From contig OZ253470.1 of NCBI GenBank assembly GCA_965261735.1, positions 2,848,001 through 2,912,000 on the forward strand: a stretch of 64,000 bases of DNA, read 5' to 3'. The notes under the pieces were generated by a model. It had not been told where the DNA came from. It ran no database searches and was given only the letters and a program-made list of their open reading frames with translations. A program made the translations under genes and the position numbers. This stretch comes from Alphaproteobacteria bacterium (GTDB lineage: Bacteria; Pseudomonadota; Alphaproteobacteria; SHVV01). Below are positions 21,297 to 31,291 of the stretch, one piece after another. The first letter of the stretch is position 1. Every line of letters starts with the position of its first letter.

Positions 21297-22148
21297 ATGT
21301 CGGACGCGGCACCCTCCGCGGCGCGCAAGAACACGCCACCCCAGATATCCGTGCGCCGACTGAACCGGGCGCTCGGCGCCGAGATCCGCGGCCTCGACCT
21401 GTCGCAACCGCTCGATGACGCGGTGTTTGTCGAGGTGCTGCAGGCCTTCCATGACAATTTGGTGCTGGTCTTTCCCGACCAGAACCTCTCGCCGAGCCAG
21501 CAGATCGCGTTCACCAACCGCTTCGGTTACTGCGGACCCAATCCCGACCTCACCCGCAAGACCCTCGACACGTTCCCCGAGGTGCGCACCCTCGTCAACC
21601 GCCCCGGCGATCCCGGACCGGCCAACGATTTCTGGCATTCGGACGTGACCTATTTCGAGGAGCCGATCCTGGGTTCGGTGCTCCATGCCCTCGAGGTGCC
21701 CGACCCCGGCGGCGACACCTGCTTTTGCAACATGTACAACGGCTACGAGCAGCTCTCGCCAGGCCTCAGGCGCATGCTCGATGGCTTGCGCGCGGTCCAC
21801 AGCGCGCGCGCCAACTTCCTTAATTCGGGCCGCCCGCTCGAGGAGATGCCACCGCCCGTCGAACATCCGGTGATCCGGACCCACCCGGCGACGGGCCGCA
21901 AATCGCTGTACGTCGAGTGGCACTTCACCGAACACTTCGCCGGCATGACCAGGGAAGAGAGCAAGCCCATCATCGACCATGTGGTCGCGCGCGCGGTCGA
22001 GCCCGAGAATGTCTATCGCCATCGCTGGAGCGTCGGCGACGTCGTCATCTGGGACAATCGCTGCACCTTGCACCGTAGCGTCTACGACTACGGCGACCGG
22101 CCCCGCGTCATCCACCGCACCACCGCCGCCGGCGACAAGCCCTACTAG
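21297..22148 (+). CDS. TauD/TfdA family 2-oxoglutarate/Fe(II) dioxygenase
   Basis: LGAEIRGLDL, WHSD (HxD), GGDT, HPVIRTHP, IWDNRCTLHR. Confidence 0.95.
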   Translation: MSDAAPSAARKNTPPQISVRRLNRALGAEIRGLDLSQPLDDAVFVEVLQAFHDNLVLVFPDQNLSPSQQIAFTNRFGYCGPNPDLTRKTLDTFPEVRTLVNRPGDPGPANDFWHSDVTYFEEPILGSVLHALEVPDPGGDTCFCNMYNGYEQLSPGLRRMLDGLRAVHSARANFLNSGRPLEEMPPPVEHPVIRTHPATGRKSLYVEWHFTEHFAGMTREESKPIIDHVVARAVEPENVYRHRWSVGDVVIWDNRCTLHRSVYDYGDRPRVIHRTTAAGDKPY

Positions 22149-22175
22149 CCCGCCAAGCCAGCCCAAGGCCCTGGT

Positions 22176-23348
22176 CTAGGCCTCGCCGAACAGGCGCGCG
22201 AGGTAGTCGTTGACGTAGTTGTAGACGAGCAGCTCGTTCGACGACATGCGACCCGGGGCGAAGCCCTGCGACGTCATGGCCCGCTGCAGGGACGTGATCA
22301 TCGGCCGGTCCTGCTCCAGGATCTTGACGATCCGGTCCATGAAGGGCTCGGTCCGCTCCCAAAAGCCGGGCCACTCGAAGAATTCCGCCGGGAAGGTCAT
22401 GTACTGGACGATCTCGGTCCTGTTGGGCGCGACCGGCCACACCAGGATCTGAGAGATGCGGTCGCTGGCGATGAAGATCGACATGTTGGGCGAGAGGAAC
22501 CCAGCGCCGTAGAAGCCCGGGCCGCGCTCGCGCAGCCAGTCCTCGAGCCACGGTAGCGCCCCGAAAGGGGGATCGGTGTCGGCACTGCCGAGATTGGCAT
22601 CGAAGAAGGCGCTGTAGCCGCCGTTTCGTGCCCGCTTGTACGGATAGTCCCGGGCGTCCGGCCAGTCGGGCAGGGTGTCGGCGTGGAGCGTCTGGATATG
22701 GTAGAGGTCGACGAAGTTCTCGTTGACGAGCTTCCAGTTGCACTCCAGCACGCACGACGCCTTGCGGGCGAGGCGGCAGCGACCCTGCCGGAAGAAACCG
22801 AAATCGGCGTCGAACTCGGCGACGAAATCGGCGAGCGGTGCCGCGTGCTCATCGAAGTTCACGAACACCCAGCCCTCCCAGACGCCGAGCCGGAGCGGGC
22901 GCAGGCGGCAGTCGCCCGCGTCGAAGCCCTTGACGTCGTCCATGTAGGCCGCGCCCAGGAGCTTGCCCGATAAGTCGTAGGTCCAGGCGTGGTAGGGGCA
23001 CTGGAAGTGCTTGAGGTTGCCCTCGCCGGCGGCGACCTCGACGCCGCGGTGGGCGCACACGTTGTAGAAGGCGTTGAGCTCGCCGTCGTGGTTCCGCGCA
23101 ACGACGATAGGCTCGCCCATGATGTTGAAGGTCATGTAGTCGCCGGGCTTCTCGACCTCCTCGGCGCGGGCCACGGCGAGCCAGTCCTTCATAAAGATCT
23201 TCTGCTTCTCGAGCGCGAGGACCTCGGGCGAGGTGTAGATGTAGGCTGGCAGGTGGTGCGCCTCGTCGAGCGGCCGCCGCGTCTCCTCGAGCCCGAGTGC
23301 CGAAGCGCCGACAGCCTGGTGCCGCGCCCGTGCGTCCGCAACAGTCAT
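22176..23348 (-). CDS. Rieske non-heme iron oxygenase alpha subunit (choline monooxygenase-like group)
   Basis: CAHRG..CPYHAW Rieske motif; NWKLVNENFVDLYHIQTLH mononuclear iron site. Confidence 0.93.
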   Translation of the reverse strand: MTVADARARHQAVGASALGLEETRRPLDEAHHLPAYIYTSPEVLALEKQKIFMKDWLAVARAEEVEKPGDYMTFNIMGEPIVVARNHDGELNAFYNVCAHRGVEVAAGEGNLKHFQCPYHAWTYDLSGKLLGAAYMDDVKGFDAGDCRLRPLRLGVWEGWVFVNFDEHAAPLADFVAEFDADFGFFRQGRCRLARKASCVLECNWKLVNENFVDLYHIQTLHADTLPDWPDARDYPYKRARNGGYSAFFDANLGSADTDPPFGALPWLEDWLRERGPGFYGAGFLSPNMSIFIASDRISQILVWPVAPNRTEIVQYMTFPAEFFEWPGFWERTEPFMDRIVKILEQDRPMITSLQRAMTSQGFAPGRMSSNELLVYNYVNDYLARLFGEA

Positions 23349-23509
23349 GATCGCTCGCTCCTCCGCCGGGTGACGCCGCACCATAGCGGCTCCCGCTGCC
23401 GCCGTTCAACGACCGGCGCGCCTTGACCCGGCGAAGAGGCCGGGGCTAGGGTTTTCGCCCAGCCTTGTGTGAAGTCGAGGCGGGCGGTGGCGACGGGAAG
23501 GGGACGACC

Positions 23510-24871
23510 ATGCGGGTACGCTGCGGCAAGCTGTTCACCGGCCTCGAGGACGAGGCCAGGTCCGATCAGACGCTCCTCATCGACGACGGCCGTATCACCT
23601 TCGTGGGGCCGAGCGCGGACGCGCCGGCCAATGGCGAGGAGGCTCTCGATCTCTCGAACGCCTTCGTGATTCCGGGACTGATCGATGCCCACACCCACTT
23701 GGCCTTCGGCAACGCCCAGGGCCTCGAGGACGTCGACCTCTATTCGGCGCTCGAATTCCGCGCGCTCCGCGGGCTCATCAACGCGCAGCGCGTACTGACG
23801 ACGGGGCATACGGCTTTCATCGATCCCGGCTCCTCGGGCCGCGTCTCGCTGTCGGTGCGCGATGCCATCGATGCGGGCCTGTTTACGGGGCCGCGCATCG
23901 CCTGCTCGGGGCCGTTCATCGGCAACCGGCAGGGCTTCACCTCCTTCTACCCGACCTGGTTCACCAACCCGACGGCGGTGTGCGATCTGGTTAAAAGCAC
24001 CGACGAGGCAGTCGAGACGATCCGCCGCCAGGTCAAGGACGGGGTCGACTTCATCAAGATAGCGCTCGACGGCCGGGTCATGAACGGCGACGGCGAGCTC
24101 TCGGCCGCCTTCGACGAGGCCACCATTAAGCGGCTGATCGACGAGTGCCACCGCTTGGGGCGCAAGGTCATTGGGCACGCACGCGGCCGCGAAGCCGCGC
24201 TCTTTGGTGCGCGCTCGGGCACCGACGTCCTCTATCACGTCTCGTGGATCGGCGACGACGTGATAGAGGCGGCGCTCAAGAGCGGCTCCTATTTCTGTCC
24301 CTCGATGACGATCACCCACAACCGCTTCAGCTTCGCGCAGTCGAGCGATCCGGCCACGCGCAAGGGCGACTTCGGCGCCTCCGAATGGGCGGCCTCGACG
24401 ATGTGGGCGCGGCGCGCCTATGAAGCCGGGGTACCCCTCATGGCCGGCACCGATTCGGGCTTCGCCTCGGACCCGTGCGGCGAGTGGCACGCGCGCGAGA
24501 TGGAGATCCTGGTCAAGTACATCGGCCTCACCCCGGCGCAGGCGCTACGAGCCGCGACCTCGGTCAACGCCACCTTCTTCGGTGACGCGGACGGCGCGGG
24601 CGCCGATTTCGGGGCGCTCGAGGCGGGCCGCCTCGCCGACTTCGTGGTCGTCGACGGCGATCCGCTCGAGGACATCTCGATCTTGCTCGACAAGTCGGCA
24701 ATCCGCGCGGTTTACCTCGCGGGCGAGCGCGTGGAGGTATCGCCGCCGCCGATCCACGCCGAGGCCGAGACCGCCTTCTCCTACCGCTTCTGGCAGGACA
24801 CCTACGACCAGAAACGCGTCGCCGAGCTGCGCGGCGACGGCGGAGCGGAGTCCCACATCCGGGCGATCTGA
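23510..24871 (+). CDS. Metal-dependent amidohydrolase (Xaa-Pro dipeptidase-like)
   Basis: PGLIDAHTH, GVDFIKI, GHARG, AGTDSG, GRLADFVVVDGDPLEDI. Confidence 0.92.
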   Translation: MRVRCGKLFTGLEDEARSDQTLLIDDGRITFVGPSADAPANGEEALDLSNAFVIPGLIDAHTHLAFGNAQGLEDVDLYSALEFRALRGLINAQRVLTTGHTAFIDPGSSGRVSLSVRDAIDAGLFTGPRIACSGPFIGNRQGFTSFYPTWFTNPTAVCDLVKSTDEAVETIRRQVKDGVDFIKIALDGRVMNGDGELSAAFDEATIKRLIDECHRLGRKVIGHARGREAALFGARSGTDVLYHVSWIGDDVIEAALKSGSYFCPSMTITHNRFSFAQSSDPATRKGDFGASEWAASTMWARRAYEAGVPLMAGTDSGFASDPCGEWHAREMEILVKYIGLTPAQALRAATSVNATFFGDADGAGADFGALEAGRLADFVVVDGDPLEDISILLDKSAIRAVYLAGERVEVSPPPIHAEAETAFSYRFWQDTYDQKRVAELRGDGGAESHIRAI

Positions 24872-24877
24872 GAGGGC

Positions 24878-25330
24878 CTAGCCGAGGCTCCTCAGGTCGG
24901 CGAGCACCTCGTCGGGGTGGTCGGCGGGTTTGACGGTTGCGTAGGCCTTGGCGATCTTGCCGTCGGGGGCGATGAGTACGGAGACGCGGGTCGGGACCCG
25001 CGAGTCGGCCTCGGCGGCGCCGTAGGCGATCGAGGTCGCCTTCGTCTCGTCGCTCAGCAGATCGAAGGGGAAGCTGGACTTCTCGCGGAACGCCTTGTTG
25101 GCCCCGGTCGTATCGAAGCTGATCCCGAGTACGGCGGTATTGAGTCCTTCGAAGTCCTGGATTCGATCACGGAATCCCTTGCCCTCGATGGTTCACCCAG
25201 GTGTGTCGGCCTTGGGGTACCACCACAGGAGCACGTAGCGGCCGGAGAAGTCGTCCGACTTCACCGCTGCCCCATCCTGATTGCTGAGCTCGAAGCTCGG
25301 CGCTCGTTGGCCCACGTCGATCAGCGCCAT
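24878..25330 (-). CDS. bcp: BCP/PrxQ peroxiredoxin with in-frame UGA at the peroxidatic position (probable selenoprotein), 150 aa
   Basis: Hand translation: MALIDVGQRAPSFELSNQDG...WWYPKADTPG-TGA(25195-25193)-TIEGKGFRD...VLGISFD...FPFDLLSD...PTRVSVLIAPDGKI...HPDEVL. Absent from the ORF track. Confidence 0.9.
25159..25177 (-). promoter_or_regulatory. Candidate bacterial SECIS hairpin
   Basis: GGATTC-CGTGATC-GAATCC begins 15 nt after the UGA and has G near the start of the apical loop. Confidence 0.7.
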
Positions 25331-25468
25331 GCCATCCCCCTTTTGCGCCCCTTATGTGACCCTCGACTATAGCACATAGCGGCGAGGTGTCCGATGGAAC
25401 GCGGCTCGCCGGCCACGCTATGATGCCTCCCCGGACCAGCGCCCAGGCGTTCGAGCCAGGAGGCGAAC

Positions 25469-26263
25469 ATGGCCAAGAACATACTGCTTCATTTTAGCGG
25501 CGAGGATCGCCACGAAATCAAAACGGACATGGCGATCCGGATGGCGAACATCTTCGACGCCGGCATCACCGGCCTCTACGCTAGCGAGGTCTGGCACCGC
25601 GGCGGGGCGCGCCCTCGCGAAGGCGATATCGGGGGCGACGAGGCCAAGGCCGGGCGCGTCAAGGCTGCTTTCCTCGGCGCGACCGAGGCGCGCGGCGTGG
25701 CGGCGGAGTGGCTGATGCGCGGCGGCGATGCCCGCGCCTCCATACTCTTCCTGTCGTGCTTCGCCGACCTGATCGTCATGGGCCAGTCCGGGCCCGAGGA
25801 ATCCGATCAGGCACCGGACCTGCCCAACGACGTCGCAATGGCCGCCGGGCGCCCCGTGCTCGTCGTTCCGCACTCGGGCACGTTCGAGCAGGTCGGTACG
25901 CGTGTCATGGTCGCCTGGAACAACAGCCGCGTCGCGAGCCGCGCCATGCATGACGCCATGCCGATCCTCGAGCAGGCGGCCGAGGTCGTGGTGCTCAGCG
26001 TCAACGCCAAGCAGACGGATCAGCCGACGAGCGAGGATGTGCGCGAGCACCTGGCCGGGCGCGGCATCAACGCCGAGGCCGTGAGCACCGCCGTCCAAGA
26101 GGTCAGCACCGGCAACGCCCTACTGTCGCGGGCCCACGATCTCGGCGTCGATCTCGTCGTCATGGGCGCGTATGGCGGCTCGCGAATTCGCGAGACCCTG
26201 GTCGGCGGCACCACGCGCCACGTGCTCGAGACCATGACGCGCCCGGTCCTGCTGTCGCACTGA
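25469..26263 (+). CDS. Universal stress protein (tandem USP domains)
   Basis: ADLIVMGQ, GRPVLVVP, VAWNNSR, DLVVMGAYGGSRIRE..VGGTTR, PVLLSH. Confidence 0.93.
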   Translation: MAKNILLHFSGEDRHEIKTDMAIRMANIFDAGITGLYASEVWHRGGARPREGDIGGDEAKAGRVKAAFLGATEARGVAAEWLMRGGDARASILFLSCFADLIVMGQSGPEESDQAPDLPNDVAMAAGRPVLVVPHSGTFEQVGTRVMVAWNNSRVASRAMHDAMPILEQAAEVVVLSVNAKQTDQPTSEDVREHLAGRGINAEAVSTAVQEVSTGNALLSRAHDLGVDLVVMGAYGGSRIRETLVGGTTRHVLETMTRPVLLSH

Positions 26264-26433
26264 GGCGGGACCGCGCGGGGGCGGTGCCGAGGCGAGCTGC
26301 CGCTTGTTAGGCCCCGCGCTCCCCTCCGGGCCGCCGCACATAACCAACTTCACACCGATTGAGAGGCACGGCATCGTCGGCCCCGCCGGCGGGGCCCGGC
26401 GGGGTTCTCACATCCGGACCTCGAGCGGGCGCG

Positions 26434-27549
26434 TCATGAAGCCGCGCGCAACGGCTCCGCCGCGGCAACGACGCCCTGGAGATGGAGCTGCCCGCGCTCG
26501 GCGGAGGCGCGCCACTCGGCGCTGTCGTAAGCTTGAACGGGGTTGCGCAGCAGCGGATAGCCGCTGTCGCGCTCGAACGCATCCAGGTCCGGCGCCGGCG
26601 TCATCAGAATGCGCAGGGCCAGGGAGAGCGCGCCAAGGCTGCTTCCGGCTCTGGCGCTGGAATCGATGAGGGTCGGATCGGCGATGTACCGCCGGGCGAT
26701 GCTCTCGAACGTTTCGGGGGCGGCACCGGTCACCTCCTGAACGTGTTCGCTCGGCGCGCCAAGGGCAAAGGCCCCGCCCTTCAGCGCCTCGGCGTAGTGT
26801 CGCATCTGCGATACCTGCGAGAGCGGGATTCCCTGTGCGCGCGCCGCCTTAGCGAACATTTTGAAGGGCAAATCGCGATAGGTGACGCGTCGGCCGACCA
26901 CGCGCGACAGGATGCCCGCGATGTCGGTTGGCGAGAGAAGCTCAGGACCCGTAGGCCGGTAGCTCTTGCCGATATGGGACGCCGGATTCATCAGCACGGC
27001 CGCCGCGACACGCCCGATGTCCTCGTTTGATGGCGGCGCGTTCATGCCATCGCCGAAGGGGGCGGCCAGCATCCCCATATGAAGGATCGCCGGAAGCCCG
27101 AGCAGGTAGAAAAAGGCGAACAACCCCGGATTGACGTGGACGACGTCGACCGACGGCATCCAGCGCAAGACATGGTTGGCGAGCCAGTGCTCGCGGGTCA
27201 CGAAGGAGGGGTCGGATGGATGGGGGAGCCATTGGCTCATGAGGGCGACGACCTCGAGCTTCGCGTCCTCCGCCGCGAGAGCGAACACCGCTGCCGTATG
27301 AAGGAGGTTGGGCCCAAAGGGCAGGCATAAATAGGCGCGCTGCACGCCATCGAGTGCCCCGCGCACGTCCCGATAGTCGAGGAGATCGCCGAGTACGACC
27401 TCGGCACCGGCGGCCGCGAGCGCTTCGGTGCGGGCATTCCGGCGCCGCACGAGGGTACGCACGGGGAAGCCATTGGCGAGGAGTTCCATAGTCGCGGGCG
27501 CGCCCGTCCGCCCGGCCGCGCCCGTCACCAGCACGCGTGGTTTCGACAT
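26434..27549 (-). CDS. NmrA-family NAD(P)-binding protein
   Basis: MSKPRVLVTGAAGRTG Rossmann motif; EDIGRVAAAVL, YRPTGPELLS. Confidence 0.88.
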   Translation of the reverse strand: MSKPRVLVTGAAGRTGAPATMELLANGFPVRTLVRRRNARTEALAAAGAEVVLGDLLDYRDVRGALDGVQRAYLCLPFGPNLLHTAAVFALAAEDAKLEVVALMSQWLPHPSDPSFVTREHWLANHVLRWMPSVDVVHVNPGLFAFFYLLGLPAILHMGMLAAPFGDGMNAPPSNEDIGRVAAAVLMNPASHIGKSYRPTGPELLSPTDIAGILSRVVGRRVTYRDLPFKMFAKAARAQGIPLSQVSQMRHYAEALKGGAFALGAPSEHVQEVTGAAPETFESIARRYIADPTLIDSSARAGSSLGALSLALRILMTPAPDLDAFERDSGYPLLRNPVQAYDSAEWRASAERGQLHLQGVVAAAEPLRAAS

Positions 27550-27792
27550 CGGTGATCCTTTCTCGTTTTGTGGCTCGCTTGCCGCCCGTTGACTAGGAGT
27601 GTATATACATCTAATATTCCCGCCTTCAAGTCGCGACGAGAAGTATTGCGGCGACGCGCGGCAGGGGCGCCGGCGCTTTTCGGCCGGGTGCCTATCGATC
27701 CGACCGACGAGCGTGGCGCCTCCTCGGTTGAAGGGCGGTGCGGCGGCAACTATGCTCGACCACGGGCATGACGTTGGCTTCCAAGGGGGGTC

Positions 27793-28836
27793 GTGATGGC
27801 GGGTCCGAAGATGCGCTTCTGCATGAACGGCGGCACGCTCAGGCAGCCCGTACCGGCGGAGGTTCCGCTGTGGCAGGCCTATGATGCCGCCGGAATCGAC
27901 ATCGGCATGCCCGATTCCTCGCGCCAGTACCGCGAGCTTTACGTCGCCACCACGGTGTGCGTGCTCAACACAGAGCGGGTGCGCGTTTTCCCGAGCGTTA
28001 CCAACCCGGTCACCCGGCACCCCTCGGTAACCGCTGCCGCCATGCTCTCGCTCCACGAGCTCGCGCCGGGGCGCATCGGGCTCGGCATCGCGACGGGCGA
28101 TTCGGCGCTCTGGAGCGTGGGGCTGAAGCCGGCGCGGGTCGCTTACTTGCGCGACTACATCGTGGCCGTGAAGTCGTTGCTGCTCGGCGAGGAGGCCCAT
28201 TGGCAGGGCCAGACCTTCCGCGCCGAATGGAGCGCCTGGGCGCCGCCGGTGGACATCCCGGTGTTCGTCGCGTGCGCGGGGCCGAAGGTCCTGCGCATGG
28301 CGGCCGAGGTCGCCGACGGCGTGATCGCGGCCATCGGCTTCTCGCCCGAGGACATCGAGGACGTGCACACAATCGTGGGCGAGGGCCTCGCCGCCTCGGG
28401 CCGCAAGCCGGAGGACTTCGAGGTGTGGTGGACCGCGGACATCACCTTCGCGGGGAGTGTCGAGGAGGCCGCGGCGCAGAGCCTCGGCTGGGGCACGAGC
28501 TGGCTTACGATCAGCACCCTCGAGGGCAAGCGCATTCCCGCGGACTTGCGCGAGCGCGTCAAGGAGATGAATGCCGATGCCCATGTCCTGGCCAAGTCCT
28601 ATAAGACGCCGGGGCGCAACCGCCTGATCGTCGAGCGCGCCAAGGAGCTCGGGCTCTACGACTGGCTGATCTCGCGCTCGCCACGCCTATGGGGCACGCC
28701 AGCCGACGTGGTTGGGCGCTTCGAGGACCTCGCCGGCCAGGGCATCGCGAACTGGGTCATCCACGGCGGCCGCATCGAGGACAAGGCCGCCCACCTCGAC
28801 CTCCTGACGCGCGAAGTCATGCCCCGTTTCGCCTAG
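27793..28836 (+). CDS. LLM-class flavin-dependent oxidoreductase, paralog 2
   Basis: VTNPVTRHPSVTAAA, GIATGDSA, GPKVLRMAAEVADG. Confidence 0.92.
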   Translation: MMAGPKMRFCMNGGTLRQPVPAEVPLWQAYDAAGIDIGMPDSSRQYRELYVATTVCVLNTERVRVFPSVTNPVTRHPSVTAAAMLSLHELAPGRIGLGIATGDSALWSVGLKPARVAYLRDYIVAVKSLLLGEEAHWQGQTFRAEWSAWAPPVDIPVFVACAGPKVLRMAAEVADGVIAAIGFSPEDIEDVHTIVGEGLAASGRKPEDFEVWWTADITFAGSVEEAAAQSLGWGTSWLTISTLEGKRIPADLRERVKEMNADAHVLAKSYKTPGRNRLIVERAKELGLYDWLISRSPRLWGTPADVVGRFEDLAGQGIANWVIHGGRIEDKAAHLDLLTREVMPRFA

Positions 28837-28870
28837 CACGCTCGCCACACACATATCCCGGGGGCTCGAA

Positions 28871-31291
28871 ATGTCGGACGCGAGGTCGCCATTCCACCGC
28901 GGCGAGAAGGAGATCCAGTCCCGATTAGGCGTTCGCGACAAGATCGAGGAGAAGGGACGGCGCATCATCCGCGATCGCATCCCGGAAAAGAATCTCGGAT
29001 TCTTCGCCCAGCTGCCGCTGCTGGCGATCGGCACGGTCGATGAGTGCGGCCGCCCCTGGGCGTCAACCCTCGCCGGGGCGCCCGGCTTCGCCCGGGCCAC
29101 CGATCCCCTCAAGCTCGAAATCAGGGCCCGGCCCGTCTACGGCGATCCGCTGAACAGGGCGCTGATCGAGGGCACGGACATCGGGGCGCTCGGGCTCGAC
29201 TTCGAGACCCGCGGCCGATTTCGGGTAAACGGGAGAATTGGCCACCCGAGCGAGGGGGCGTTCGACATTCGCGTGAGGCAGGCGTTTCCCAACTGCCCGC
29301 AATACATCCAGGCCCGGGATCACGACCTCGGCGACGATATCGAGACCATCGGGGAGAAGAGGTCGGTCCACCGTGGAGACAAGCTGAACCGGGCCGAGGC
29401 GGCCCTGATTGCCGGGGCCGATACCCTCTTCATCGCGAGCCGGTTCGCCGAGGGCGAGGACGACTGGAGCCGCGGGGTCGATGTGTCGCACCGGGGCGGC
29501 AAGCCGGGGTTCGTTATCGTCGCCCACGAGAGCCTCCTGCTGTTCCCGGATTACGCCGGCAACTGCATGTTCTCCACCCTGGGCAACATCCAGGTGGACC
29601 CGCGCTGCGGCCTTTTGTTCATCGACTTCGACATCGGGGATGTCCTTCAGCTCACCAGCGAGGCCGAGATCCTGTGGGAGCCGGAGCACGTCTGCCGGTT
29701 TCCCGGCGCCGAACGGGTCGTGTCCTTCCAGGTCGAGGAAAAGATCCACATCGAGCAGGCGCTACCCCTGACCTGGCAGTTCCGCGGATTCCATCCCATT
29801 CTCGACAAGCTGGCGACCGGCGGGACCGAGGAAACGGTCCCACAGGCGCGCCCGATGAGCCTCGAATCGGTCAACGTCTCGATGCCCAAGGAGGTCGCGC
29901 ATGACGGCAAGACCGTGACCACCGGCATTTTCAAGGAGCGGGTCGAGGGCCGCGTGGCACTGCGCCGGCTCAACCTCGAGGGAGACGGGCAGGCCGACCT
30001 ATGGGGTCACGGCGGCACCTTCCGCGCCGTCTACGCCTATTCGCGCGAGAACTACGACCACTGGGCGCGCGAGCTCGGGCGCGACGACTTCGCGATCGGC
30101 CAGTTCGGCGAGAACTTCACCGTCGCGGGCATGCTCGACGACGAGGTCTGCGTCGGCGATGTGTTCCGCATCGGCGGCGCCCTCGTCGAGGTCAGCCAAC
30201 CGCGCATCCCCTGCTACAAGCTCGCGCTCAAGATGGGCATCGAGGGCTTCCAGAACCGGTTTCTCGAAAGCGGCCGGGTGGGGTTCTACTTCCGTGTCCT
30301 AGAGGAGGGCGAGGTTGGCGCGGGCGATGAGGTGGTGCTCGTCAAGCGGGACCCACGCGGCATGTCCGTTCGCCGGGTCAGCGATGTCCTGTATTTCGAC
30401 AAGGAAAACCTGGACGCGACCAGGCAGGCCCTCCATATCCCGGCGCTGGCGCATGGCTGGAAGGGCTCGTTCGCGAAGCGGTTGGCGAAGGCGGAGACAT
30501 CGACGAAAGCCCGCAAGGGCTTGCGCAGCTTCGTCGTCGAGCGCAAGGAGCCCGAAAGCGAAACCATTACGTCCTTCTATCTGGCGCCCGAGGACGGTGC
30601 ACCGCTGTCCGCTTTCCTGCCGGGCCAGTTCCTAACGCTGGAGCTCGATATTCCGGGCGAGCCGAGGCCGGTGATCCGCACTTATTCGCTCTCCGACGGC
30701 CCCCATCGCGAGCGCTATCGCCTGAGTATCAAGCGCGAGCCGGCCCCGGCCGATACGCCCGAGGCGCCGGCCGGGCTGTCCTCGACCTATTTCCATGACC
30801 AGGTCGAGGCCGGGACCACCCTGCGCGTCGGCGCCCCGCGCGGCAAGTTCACCCTCGATCCCGACGGCGAGCGGGCGGTCGTGCTGCTGAGCGCGGGCGT
30901 CGGCTTGACGCCGATGATCAGCATGCTCAACGCCATCGTCCAAGGCGGCGCCCCGCGGCCGGTGTGGTTCATTCACGGTACCCGCAGCAGCCGTGAGCAC
31001 GCCATGGGCGCCCACGTGCGCCGCCTCGCCGAGGAGCACGACAACGTTCACGTCCATATCCGCTACAGCGAGCCCGACCCGGAGGACGTCGAGGGCCGCG
31101 GGGGCCGCGACTACGACAGCCGGGGCTGGGTCGACATGGCCCTGCTGAAGCAGGTGCTACCCTTCGACGACTACGATTTCTTCCTGTGCGGGTCGCAGCC
31201 GTTCATGCGGACCCTCTATTGCGGCCTGCTCTCGCTGGGGATGTCGGAGTCCCGCATCCACTACGAGTTCTTCGCTTGCCTATCCGGTTAA
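28871..31291 (+). CDS. PNPOx-like + MOSC + FAD/NAD-binding oxidoreductase fusion, C-terminally truncated by IS1595
   Basis: SPFHRGE, NCPQYIQ, DVSHRGGKPGFV (PNPOx); GDGQAD, FGENFT, QPRIPCYK (MOSC); RTYSLS, AGVGLTP (FNR-like). The IS begins at 31275 within HYEFF|G. Confidence 0.88.
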   Translation: MSDARSPFHRGEKEIQSRLGVRDKIEEKGRRIIRDRIPEKNLGFFAQLPLLAIGTVDECGRPWASTLAGAPGFARATDPLKLEIRARPVYGDPLNRALIEGTDIGALGLDFETRGRFRVNGRIGHPSEGAFDIRVRQAFPNCPQYIQARDHDLGDDIETIGEKRSVHRGDKLNRAEAALIAGADTLFIASRFAEGEDDWSRGVDVSHRGGKPGFVIVAHESLLLFPDYAGNCMFSTLGNIQVDPRCGLLFIDFDIGDVLQLTSEAEILWEPEHVCRFPGAERVVSFQVEEKIHIEQALPLTWQFRGFHPILDKLATGGTEETVPQARPMSLESVNVSMPKEVAHDGKTVTTGIFKERVEGRVALRRLNLEGDGQADLWGHGGTFRAVYAYSRENYDHWARELGRDDFAIGQFGENFTVAGMLDDEVCVGDVFRIGGALVEVSQPRIPCYKLALKMGIEGFQNRFLESGRVGFYFRVLEEGEVGAGDEVVLVKRDPRGMSVRRVSDVLYFDKENLDATRQALHIPALAHGWKGSFAKRLAKAETSTKARKGLRSFVVERKEPESETITSFYLAPEDGAPLSAFLPGQFLTLELDIPGEPRPVIRTYSLSDGPHRERYRLSIKREPAPADTPEAPAGLSSTYFHDQVEAGTTLRVGAPRGKFTLDPDGERAVVLLSAGVGLTPMISMLNAIVQGGAPRPVWFIHGTRSSREHAMGAHVRRLAEEHDNVHVHIRYSEPDPEDVEGRGGRDYDSRGWVDMALLKQVLPFDDYDFFLCGSQPFMRTLYCGLLSLGMSESRIHYEFFACLSG

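Noticed and set aside
24917-25372. 151-aa plus-strand ORF filling the gap after the amidohydrolase
   Set aside because: It is the antisense of the UGA-containing peroxiredoxin, which has clear family motifs.
27550-28584. Apparent long N-terminal extension of the NmrA protein
   Set aside because: Antisense to LLM paralog 2; the Rossmann motif starts at 27549.
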